A DNA stretch of 64,000 nt, taken from the sequence record OW849071.1; one strand, given 5' to 3'. Position numbers and translations under genes: made by a program. Positions within the stretch are counted from its first letter, which is position 1. Each line of letters opens with the position of its first letter. The DNA is from a plasmid. The notes under the pieces are model-generated. The model was not told the origin of the DNA. It ran no database searches and was given only the letters and a program-made list of their open reading frames with translations. This document shows positions 1-9,100 of the stretch, in pieces.

Positions 1-235
1 AACAAGACGGTTATAGGCGTGCCCCAGCTGGCCACCCAGTTTTTTGTAATGCTCCGGTCGAAACCAGGTCGGGTTTTCACATTTGGGTTTTGTGGAGTGC
101 TCGCCGCGCCGGCGACGGGTAGATTTCTTCTCCGGGGAAACCAGAAAAGATGCCACATGGCCGTCCTCTACCCCCTGCCAGAAACGGATCTGTTCATCCA
201 TATCCAGCTGACTCCAGTGTTGCGGATTGTGCGCA

Positions 236-787
236 TTACTCATCTGCACTCTCCCTGCCGCTGTTTTTGGCGGCCAGACACTTCAGTCTGGCTTCGCTCA
301 GAGAGAGTGGAAATACGCCAAGAAATTCGAACAGCTTAGGGGTGAAAAAAATCTCAGCAGTTGAATAGCAATCCGATGAGCAGGCAACAAATTCAAAATC
401 TTTTTCCAGCGATTCCAGTGCCCTGATTGCTCGTGTAATGGACACTTCGCCAGAAAGAGATTTAGTTGCAAGTCCGCACTCCAGGGCAATCTCCCTGAGT
501 GAGCGCAGAACTTTATTTGACAGGGGATCGTAATAAAAACACATCGCCATGAGCAACGCATTCATCGCTCTGCGGCGCAAAAATGGGGGTTTACGTTTTC
601 GTATTCCGTCCCTACGCGACATCGCTGATGCGATATCGAAACTGAAGCTTTCAGTGAAACCATTGGCTTTTACCATAAGTTTCAGCGAGAAAGGCCAGGG
701 AGTGTAGTCCTGGGGAACCGTGAAAACAGGTTCAGGATTGTTTACCTGAACATACTTGCATGAGCTTTGTTGGTTATGATCAGTCAC
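236..787 (-). CDS. repA1: IncFII-type replication initiator RepA1, N-terminal 183 aa in this frame (GTG start overlapping tap stop); C-terminal part continues in another frame toward window start
   Basis: Translation MTDHNQQ...NPEPVFT...RRRAMNALLMAMCFYYDPL...ECGLATKS...SITRA matches RepA1 of R100/R1-family replicons; GTG start overlaps tap stop as in R1. Frame ends at 236 but a -1 frame continues RepA1-like (..QLDMDEQIRFW..) to position 1. Confidence 0.75.
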   Translation of the reverse strand: MTDHNQQSSCKYVQVNNPEPVFTVPQDYTPWPFSLKLMVKANGFTESFSFDIASAMSRRDGIRKRKPPFLRRRAMNALLMAMCFYYDPLSNKVLRSLREIALECGLATKSLSGEVSITRAIRALESLEKDFEFVACSSDCYSTAEIFFTPKLFEFLGVFPLSLSEARLKCLAAKNSGRESADE

Positions 788-858
788 CGCTTCCTGCGCT
801 TATGTTGCACAGAAGGAGCGAATGACACAGAAACTGAGCTTGAAGTTTTCTGAGCATG
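781..858 (-). CDS. tap: Tap/RepA6 leader peptide (translational coupler for repA1)
   Basis: 25-aa ORF MLRKLQAQFLCHSLLLCNISAGSGD resembles R1/R100 Tap (..FFLCSLLLRIVSAGWCD); its stop overlaps the repA1 GTG start. Confidence 0.55.
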
Positions 859-874
859 TACATATACTCCCTGC

Positions 875-960
875 ATAGAGCAACAGCTTCTATGCAGTTT
901 ATGAGGGCCCCGTTAATCTTTTCCTTCCGCCAAGATTGAAGAAGATTATCGGGGTTTTTA
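875..960 (+). ncRNA. copA: CopA-like antisense RNA (copy-number control), with -35 TTGAAG/-10 TATACT promoter at 840..868
   Basis: Position between copB and tap opposite to repA1. Two stem-loops (871-897; 907-954), the second followed by a T5 tract (rho-independent terminator). Loop II contains CGCCAA. Near-consensus sigma70 promoter immediately upstream. Confidence 0.45.
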
Positions 961-1068
961 CTTTCTGGTTCCGGGTAAACATCCACAAAACCAGCTCCCT
1001 GCCACCTTATGGTGTGGCCAGCCAAGAATTCTAAACGTTCAGTAATCTAGCACTCATAGCAGGCATGA

Positions 1069-1338
1069 TCAAGAATGTGACGTCGTTACGTCGATTCCTA
1101 GTTTCGCAGATTCCCTTTCAATCAGCCTCTCAATCATTGCTGCCTGAGTAATTCCTTCATTCTCACACATGATTTGAAGCTGGTTTTTAAGCTTGTCCCG
1201 CACAAATACTCTCACCTCTTTGTGCGTCGCTTTTTTTCGGGCAACAGCTTTCTGCTGACGTTCTGCCGCAGAAACAGGGTTGCCCTTCCTATAGGGACGT
1301 TTAGATGAGGAAGTAACTCCGTTAACGACCTGTGACAT
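1069..1338 (-). CDS. copB: Replication regulatory protein RepA2/CopB
   Basis: MSQVVNGVTSS..KRPYRKGNP..ERQQKAVARKKATHKEVRVFV...CENEGITQAAMIERLIE matches CopB/RepA2 of IncFII; located upstream of tap-repA1. Confidence 0.8.
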   Translation of the reverse strand: MSQVVNGVTSSSKRPYRKGNPVSAAERQQKAVARKKATHKEVRVFVRDKLKNQLQIMCENEGITQAAMIERLIERESAKLGIDVTTSHS

Positions 1339-1473
1339 CTCTGCCTCCTCAAGCATATAACTGAATACTTGAACAAAGATACTACACGTCGCTGGATGCA
1401 GCGAGAGTTACGTTATTTTTTGTTATATAACCTGCCCTTGTTGGCGCAATGAGCAGGCTATTGAGCGAGGAGG

Positions 1474-2034
1474 TTAATACGAGGAACTCCAGTCTTTTCC
1501 CATCTCCCACCGAGTTTGCCAGTGCTGGAGATAGCGTTGAGCAACGACTGGTTCATCCCACACGACTAGCACGTTCTCTGAATTGAACCGATCAGCGGCT
1601 CGAGTGTAGTTAAAAGACCCCACTTCAACATTACGGCCGTCAGCAATAATGACTTTATCGTGCATGATTTTGTACTGCGACACTGTGCGAACCGGGATAC
1701 CGGCATTGACCAGAAGATTCATGGCCGCCAGACTCGCCTTGTTTTGCCTGCCTGTATTGGCTTTCCAGTCCAGAACCACTTTCACATCGAGACCACGCTG
1801 TTTTGCCCTGACAAGCGCGCCGGCGACTTCGGGTGAGGTGAAGGAATAGCCCATCAGCCGGATTTCCTGCTGTGCAGAATTAATAGTCTTCAGGACCAGC
1901 TGCAGAGCCGTTCCTTCCGGCGAATACCCCGTCTCGATGCTGGCGGCATACACGGCCGGAACTGGTGCAAACAAAGACAGGCTGATAAGCCCGGACAGAC
2001 AACATCTGCGGAGCGTACGGTTCATTTTTTTCAC
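1474..2034 (-). CDS. nuc: Phospholipase-D family periplasmic endonuclease (Nuc-like)
   Basis: Signal peptide plus HKD motif (IMHDKVIIADGRNVEVGSFNYT), ~186 aa like plasmid Nuc nucleases. Confidence 0.75.
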   Translation of the reverse strand: MKKMNRTLRRCCLSGLISLSLFAPVPAVYAASIETGYSPEGTALQLVLKTINSAQQEIRLMGYSFTSPEVAGALVRAKQRGLDVKVVLDWKANTGRQNKASLAAMNLLVNAGIPVRTVSQYKIMHDKVIIADGRNVEVGSFNYTRAADRFNSENVLVVWDEPVVAQRYLQHWQTRWEMGKDWSSSY

Positions 2035-2128
2035 AGTATTTCCTTAACGGGTGTTTAAGAAACGCCGGGAGCGGGGAAACTGGCTTTTCCCCGTTCCCGA
2101 GGTTGGACAACGACGCGATGCGGAGGCG

Positions 2129-2437
2129 TCAGGATTTTGTGGTATGACGAAACCAGTAGCAGACGGGTCCGTCGCCGGTATCGTGGACAGATCCCAGAAA
2201 CCAGCCATCATCATCCGGTGGCTCCGGTATCCAGCCACGGGCATTCGGGGCTTCATCCGTAAATCCGGCAGCGAAAGCTTCAGGCGCTTCATCGCGCATT
2301 GTTATCACAAAGCACTGGAGTTTATGGGTTCTGAGCCAGTAACTTAATTCTGCGGAAGTTTCACAGCCACTTCGTACCAGCGCAGGATGTGTCCAGTACC
2401 CCTGTTCATCACGTTTCACTTCGGCGGCGATAATCAT
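2129..2437 (-). CDS. hypothetical protein
   Basis: 102-aa ORF, ATGA overlap with upstream ORF; no recognisable motif. Confidence 0.4.
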   Translation of the reverse strand: MIIAAEVKRDEQGYWTHPALVRSGCETSAELSYWLRTHKLQCFVITMRDEAPEAFAAGFTDEAPNARGWIPEPPDDDGWFLGSVHDTGDGPVCYWFRHTTKS

Positions 2438-3083
2438 TTTTCATTCTCCTTGCGTTCAGTATGCTCTGTCGTTGAATTCATACCGGTTATGGATTTTTCG
2501 GCTGCATCGGCTCCGCGGTATTTCAGAAACTCTCCGACCTTTCTTACCAGACTCTCCGAATCCCGATCGCGTAGTAGTGGAATGCCGGCCTGCCTCAGAA
2601 CCTCTTCCAGCAGAATATCGCGCCGGATACGGTGTTTTTTCTGGTGTGAGGCATCATCCAGTTCAACTGCGCCGATGATAGCGAAGGTATGGATGTCAAC
2701 GATGACCACATCGCAGTGCCACTGTGATGCCATCCGGAAGAGTTGCCACCAGGTCCGGGATCGTGGCCGGATATGGGGAGAGAGTGTGGCAATATCTGCC
2801 ACCCGGACCTGAGGACACAACAGCCAGCGTGTTCGGCTGGTATGCCTCAGCAATGCCCGGAAAAAATGTTGTTCCCGTGGCGTCATCAGTGTGTCATTAC
2901 CCACCCAGACCCGCTGGCGACACAACCGTTGCTCAGCCTCTGAGGGGCGAATACCCAGGGCTTTCAGTGACCTCAGAACCGGGGAAGTCTTCGTTACTGC
3001 GCGTCCTTTCAGAAGCAGCACCAGAAATCCCAGCAAACTCAGCACAACAACGGTACTGCCCGCCATCATTAATATCTTTGCCA
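2434..3083 (-). CDS. DUF2726-like (nuclease-related/NERD-like) membrane-anchored protein
   Basis: ORF with N-terminal TM (MAKILMMAGSTVVVLSLLGFLVLLL) and C-terminal domain (WHCDVVIVD...AIIGAVELDDASH) typical of DUF2726; start chosen at Met 3083 rather than the longest ORF. Confidence 0.5.
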
Positions 3084-3139
3084 TGTATTTTATTCCCTGA
3101 TGTTCCTTTCTTTCCCGATGCGTTTTCCTGTCGTCTTCC

Positions 3140-3784
3140 TCATCTTTCTGTCCCTCTTCTGATAAGGCAGAACTCTGCCGGCAGCCTGTCGAGCAACGCG
3201 CGGCGAAATACATTCGGCAGTCCTCTCCCGGCTACAACATCAGCAATCAGAACTGATATGACGCTAATCTGCAGGAAGTGGCACAGGACAAAACCAATCT
3301 GATGCACCAGTTCCGCAGCAGGCATATTACGAAGAGCATTAATCAGCCGGATGGCATCCTGTGGGGAACCCCAGGCGAGAATACCGATACCGACCAGCAT
3401 CACCGCCGGCGTATACAACAGCCCCCGGCTGATAACCCGTCCGGTCAGGCCTGTAAGCTCACACCTTTGCTGGCGAAACACCTCATCATCCCGGAGGATT
3501 TCCCATTCCAGCCGGGCCTTTTCATGGCGCGGCACCTCGGCCACCACCTGAATACCGTCGCGAATACTGACCAGCGGTGAGACCTCTGGCTTTCTCATCC
3601 GGTCGATGTGCCGGGTGTACAGGGCAAGGCCTGCCCAGAACAGCGCGACAGATAACGCAACCAGATAAAATCCGCTTGCCCGGGATACAGGAGAAAATAA
3701 AACCATCTGAACCAGTGCCAGCGCGCAGCCGTATAAATAACAGAATAACTGCTGCTCAGGGCGCAGAATGAAATATCTGAACAT
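3140..3784 (-). CDS. hypothetical inner-membrane protein
   Basis: 214-aa ORF with several predicted TM helices. Confidence 0.45.
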   Translation of the reverse strand: MFRYFILRPEQQLFCYLYGCALALVQMVLFSPVSRASGFYLVALSVALFWAGLALYTRHIDRMRKPEVSPLVSIRDGIQVVAEVPRHEKARLEWEILRDDEVFRQQRCELTGLTGRVISRGLLYTPAVMLVGIGILAWGSPQDAIRLINALRNMPAAELVHQIGFVLCHFLQISVISVLIADVVAGRGLPNVFRRALLDRLPAEFCLIRRGTER

Positions 3785-3833
3785 ATTGATTCCTTTTTAG
3801 ATAAAAATAACATTCACAGCCGTCTTAATTTCA

Positions 3834-4436
3834 TTATCGCCAGACCACTGTTTTCTCATACACCGCAATCACACCACGCCTGATTAATTCCTCTTTAACG
3901 CGACCATAAAGCGCCATGCCTTTTGTATTACCGGACAGGGATTTAATATAATTCATCAGGGATGAAGTATTCGCCGGGCGGTTCCCTGCAGATTTTTTAC
4001 TTAATGACTGGACTTTATCGGTCAGGTGCAGCACTTCATCGTTACTGATTACCATAGGTGCCGCCTTCGGTTTCTCTGCAGAGCAAGGCGATGATATACG
4101 GCAACATCGTCTCCCCGCCCTGCATAGCTCGGCAATGACGCCATCATAGCCTTTATCATTCGAGATAATATGAAATATCATCTCTTCCGGTGCAGTCGCG
4201 CTAAGTCTTCCCAGCTCAAACACCAGATGGAAGTCCACATTATTTTTTGACACATTCGCAACCTGGAATACGCTTACCGATATATCACCTGCATACGTTA
4301 CAGCTGGAAAACGTATAAACTCCTGCTGAGGCCCGGTAAATAAAATAAGGCGTTCATAACGGGACAGACGGACACTTTCAAGTGTACCAATATTTTCATA
4401 ATCTACGAGAGCAATAATTTTTTCAGTCATCGTCAT
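3834..4436 (-). CDS. NYN/PIN-like domain protein (putative RNase)
   Basis: N-terminal IALVDYENI and later IISNDKGYDGVI resemble the NYN (LabA-like) nuclease fold; sits downstream of finO as in many IncF plasmids. Confidence 0.5.
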   Translation of the reverse strand: MTMTEKIIALVDYENIGTLESVRLSRYERLILFTGPQQEFIRFPAVTYAGDISVSVFQVANVSKNNVDFHLVFELGRLSATAPEEMIFHIISNDKGYDGVIAELCRAGRRCCRISSPCSAEKPKAAPMVISNDEVLHLTDKVQSLSKKSAGNRPANTSSLMNYIKSLSGNTKGMALYGRVKEELIRRGVIAVYEKTVVWR

Positions 4437-4596
4437 CCAGAATCTGTCTGCACGGACAGTTATGATGCCGCAGCCTGTAATGCGGCAAATATAAAATGAA
4501 TACCTGTTGCTATTTCAGGCATACCCTCAGCTAATTTTCGTTACATCTATTAGCTGAGGATTCCCAGGTATAATTATCAGGAATGGGTAAATATAA

Positions 4597-5190
4597 TTAA
4601 AGGGTCTGACTCATCTTTCGTTCAGCCCGCAGCAGCTCCTTCATCATGCGCTCACTGGCGTACTGCGCTTCCTCTGCAGTGACGGTCGCGACGGCATTCC
4701 CCTGCAGATCATAGCGGGAGGCCCCCACCTTCATCCGGGACAGATAGCCCGCAGACCGGGTCAGACTCTTCAGGCACTTAATGACCTGTTTATGCGACAG
4801 CGGCAGGTCGCGGTTCACAATGTCGGCGAACAGCTGTTCGCGCATACCCGTTGCCAGCAGACGGGGTGAGTTTCCGTCGAACAGCTGTGGCCAGAATGCC
4901 TTCAGGGTCATGATGGCCTGTTCCGGCGGCAGCAGGCGAAGATAATGCACCGGAGGTGGCGTCTTTACCGCTTTAACCGGCACCGGCGCAGCGTTGCGCG
5001 CGGCGGCTTCGGCCGCTTGTTTAACCTTCTCAAGTTTCTCTTTTTTTGCCTTCCAGGCCGGCGGGGACGAGACCACCACGACCTTCTTTCGGCGCACCAC
5101 ACCAGGAGCAGGGGTCGCCTCTGCGGAGGTCGTACTGTTCTCCGCCGGTTTTCGTTTCAGGCTCAGTACAGGGCGTTTTTCTTCACTCAT
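4597..5190 (-). CDS. finO: Fertility inhibition RNA chaperone FinO
   Basis: MSEEKRPVLSLKRK...LKAFWPQLFDG..PRLLA.G.R..L..D.....PLSHK...C.K.T match F/R100 FinO; position after traX. Confidence 0.85.
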   Translation of the reverse strand: MSEEKRPVLSLKRKPAENSTTSAEATPAPGVVRRKKVVVVSSPPAWKAKKEKLEKVKQAAEAAARNAAPVPVKAVKTPPPVHYLRLLPPEQAIMTLKAFWPQLFDGNSPRLLATGMREQLFADIVNRDLPLSHKQVIKCLKSLTRSAGYLSRMKVGASRYDLQGNAVATVTAEEAQYASERMMKELLRAERKMSQTL

Positions 5191-5345
5191 AAGGGGCCAT
5201 ATCAATAAAAGCTACAGGTCTGAGGTATACGATACGCTAACGGTATCATCGTTTCACCTCGCAATGCAGTGGACACAACGATGATGTCCCCTTTGTCACG
5301 TTTACGGGCAATGTGCCCGCCCCCGGACCTGTGTCCGGTTTTTTT

Positions 5346-6071
5346 TTACATCGAGACGACAATACCGAGTACCGCCAGGTGCACGGCATAGAACATCACG
5401 AAGAACTGCCGCGGCCAGAAGCGTTTCACACGTTCTCCGGCAGATGAGCACACCATCAGCGTCAGCAGCGCAATCGCCAGCCCGGCCACTGATTCACTCA
5501 CGTCATGCATATTCATCAGCAACACCATGAGGGCCCACAGCACCCCGTATCCCAGCCGTTCCGGTGCATGCTGTGCGCGACAAAGCAGCCAGCTGGCGGT
5601 GAGCATGCCCACTCCGGCCATGCCGTAGCTGCCGGTTGACAGGGGTATCCAGGTGACCAGCAGTCCAGCCGCCGGGAGGGTGTAATACCAGGACGGCTGG
5701 CTGACCCACCGCAGGACCTGGCCCGTAACGGCAAAGGCAAACAGAATATTCCCGGTATACCACGGGTATCCAATAAGCATAAACGACACCTGGGCGACCA
5801 GCGCCCAGCCCCACAGGCTGTTCAGTTGAGACTGGCGTATTTCCGCGTGCCGGGCCAGATTCATTCCCCATGCCAGACCGAACAGCGGAAAACAACCACG
5901 TCCCAGCAGGCGCATCACTTCATTGTTTCCGGCCAGCAGTAAGCCGGTGTGGTCAGTCACCATCAGTACCAGTGCGACCGTTTTAATCATATCCGTTTGT
6001 CCCGGTGTCCAGGTCAGCAGGCGCTGAAGCCAGCTGTCTGTCGCGCCTGGAAATGTGTATTGTGCTCTCAT
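5346..6071 (-). CDS. traX: F-pilin acetylase TraX
   Basis: Polytopic membrane protein at the traX position immediately after traI; sequence and length are TraX-like. Confidence 0.85.
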   Translation of the reverse strand: MRAQYTFPGATDSWLQRLLTWTPGQTDMIKTVALVLMVTDHTGLLLAGNNEVMRLLGRGCFPLFGLAWGMNLARHAEIRQSQLNSLWGWALVAQVSFMLIGYPWYTGNILFAFAVTGQVLRWVSQPSWYYTLPAAGLLVTWIPLSTGSYGMAGVGMLTASWLLCRAQHAPERLGYGVLWALMVLLMNMHDVSESVAGLAIALLTLMVCSSAGERVKRFWPRQFFVMFYAVHLAVLGIVVSM

Positions 6072-6150
6072 ATTTTTTTCCTTTTAGCGCACCGGCAGAC
6101 TGCCCGATTTTAATCGGGGAGGCTGCCGGTGCAGACAAGCCGCAGGCGCG

Positions 6151-9100
6151 TCAGTCGCCCCCGAGTGTTTTCTCGCGGTTAAGGTCACGAACCATGTCAC
6201 GCTCCACAGCCTGCAGACGCTCACGCTGCAGACGTTCTGAGGCCACCTGCTGAATCGCCGCCTCCTGGCGCCGGAACTGAGGATCATCCGGTAGCGTCGT
6301 TTTCTCCGTACCCGGCCGGTCACGCTCCAGTCCGCGAATGACGTCCCCGATAACCTCTTTCACCCGGTCCGCCGGCTCGCCGGCTTTACGCGCCTCCCCG
6401 GCCACTTCCCGGGCAGTCTGTTCCGCCTGTTTTTCCATTTCCCGGCGCTGCTGTTCTTCAGCCGCCCGCTGTGCCAGTACCTCTGGCGGGAGGATAATGT
6501 CAGCCCCGGCCTGCGGTACCGGAGCCACCGGCGCAGGTTCAGCCCATACCCGCCCACCGGTCATGGCCCCGGGGTTCCAGGGGCGGTCATCACCGGCCAG
6601 CCGCACCACCACCCCCGTATCGGGATTGTCGCGGGCCATTCTGACGCCCTCCCCCATATTCCCGGCCAGCAGGCTTTCTCCGTTGCGGCTGTTCTGCAGC
6701 GCCACGAACCGGGCGTCTTCATTGCCCATAATTCGTCCCCCTCCGCCGATAGCCTCCAGCCGTCCGTCCCGATCGGTCAGCGGGCTGAGCCAGATACCGG
6801 CGGCTTTCCCGTTTTTATCAAATGCCGGCAGCGCCACATGCGGCTGAGGGTACTTTTTCCCCGGAGAAATGAATTTTCCCGGTGAACTTCCCTGTGCCAG
6901 ACCGGACTGCTGCAGGGCTGCCCGGCCCGCGGCGGTTTCATCCAGTGGCCTTGCCCGCCCGAACAGCAGATCGGCGGTTTTCACCGCCCGGTCGTTACGG
7001 GGTTCAAGAATATCGTGCGCCGTCGCTTTCTCAGGTGAATGCTTGATGGCCTTTATCCAGCCCTCACGGCTGTCGGTGTAGACCTGAACATGCTGTTTCA
7101 TGCGGGATAAAGCCACATAGGCAGACTCAAAGCTGGCCATCTGTTCCCGGCCACCGGCCACCCCTTCCAGCGCGATGGCATACGGCTCGCTGGCCCCCTG
7201 GGCGCCGTGGGCGGTGATGGCGTAGGCGAGGTCGATATGCTGCTGTGCCTGCTCCGCCTTCGGGGTCAGCGTACGGGTGAGTTTGCCATCAGACAGCGTG
7301 ACACTGTCACCCGAAACAGACTGCACTTCCCAGATACTGTTGGCCACATAGCCGCGCTCCGGGTCACTTTTGCTGAAGCGCATTCGGTCCCCCTGAGACA
7401 CGGTGATCTTTTCCTGACGATAGAGCGTGACGCCTTCTGCCGATGCCTCCCGGGGTGAGATAAATCGCTCCTTTCCTTCACTGTCTGTCAGGGTGATCAG
7501 CTGATTATCCTTATCCACTTTGCTGATACGGTGGTATACGTTATCAACCAGCGCCACCGCCTCCTTGTGAGCCGTCCAGGTCGACAGTTTGCGCAGTTCA
7601 CCGTCACGGATGTTACTCGTGACCAGCACCGGCAGGGTGATTTCCTCTTTGCCGGTTTCCCCGTTCTCCCGCCGTGCGTCATGGATCAGACTGTTCAGCG
7701 CCCGCCGGTCCTTATTCAGATGGGTGATCACCAGCGTCTGCGACTGTGCCTCCGGGGTCCGTCCGGTATAGTCCTTCACCAGCGCCTCGTAGAGTGTCGC
7801 GGGCTGACCTTCCGGCAGGGTTTTCCCCTCGCTCAGCGCCTTTTCTATCGCCTTTTCCTGCTTTGGCGTGAATTCCACCACAGAACTGCCCGGCGCCCAT
7901 GCGCCTTCTTTTCTCGGCACCTGCTCCGGCGTGACCTGCTCGATGGTGGTCAGGGCGCGGTGCACATCCCGCTCAATCAGGCTGTAGACCGCCGGTCGCA
8001 GCTCAGGCATCTGGCGTACAATCTCTTTCATGATGGCAACGTCGGCGGCGCTGCGCTGCTGCGTCAGCCTGAACGGCTGGCCCGACGCGATGGGCGGCAG
8101 CTGGTCGGTATCCCCGCTGGGCACCGCCCGTCCACCGCCGGCGGCGATGAGGGAGTGGGCTTTTGCCATATCGGCCAGCCCCACCATCGAGCTCTCGTCG
8201 AGCAGGAACAGGGTGTTGCTGAAATCGGGTGTCTGCCCATTGCGCTGCAGCAGCTGCGTGTCGTGGAGGAACGACGCCGTCGTGCGCGCATCCACGCCAG
8301 CACTCTGCATTTCCCCGACCGCGCGATGCGTCGGCGCCAGACCGATGACGCGCGGGCGGGTCTCTTCCGGCAGCAGACTGATGGCACTCATGACTGCCCG
8401 GAACTGGGTGGTTTTCCCCACCCCGGCATACCCCTGAACCACCGTGAACCGGTCCGTGCTCTCCAGAATCATCCGGGTCGCCGCCCGCTGTCCGGCGGTC
8501 AGGTCCGTCATCAGACTGGCCGGCACGCGGTCCATCAGGGGGGCCACCGCGCCTTTACCTTCCAGCACGTGGGTCAGGATGCTTTTTTCGGCGTCCCAGG
8601 TCTGACGGGAAATCAGCAGGTCATTGCCGTAGCCGTGCGCCACCGGTACATTCAGCAACTGCCCCGACCTGATTTGTGCCTGGATGGTCGTGTCGATGTC
8701 CGCCATCGAAACCTTCCCGCCCCCGGTTTCCATTGCCGTCGCCAGCAGCTGGGGCCGGGAGAAGGTCAGGTCCTGGCTCTCAAGCAGCGGGATGGCCAGG
8801 TGAATGGCCTGTTCTGCCGGGGTATGCAGCCCGGCCTTCTGCTGCGCAATGGCCGTATCCAGGTCCGTCTCGCCGGATCGGGACTTCAGCTGCTCTGAGA
8901 CCACGCTGAACGCGGTATGCCGCGACAGCTTCTCCGTCGTGCGCGCCGCATCCTGCGCCGAGTACAGCCGGAGGTGACTTCCGCTCTGTGCCAGCTGGTT
9001 GAGGGTGGCGTTATCCAGCTCACGCTGCGTCACCGACGCAAAGACCGTTGCCGTCTCGCTAACCGACCTGCCGGGACTTTCCACCCAGCCGTGGCCGACT

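Noticed and set aside
2434-3213. Longest ORF (259 aa) for the DUF2726-like gene
   Set aside because: The upstream 43 codons overlap the neighbouring membrane-protein gene and lack an RBS. The internal Met at 3083 begins the hydrophobic anchor and fits better.
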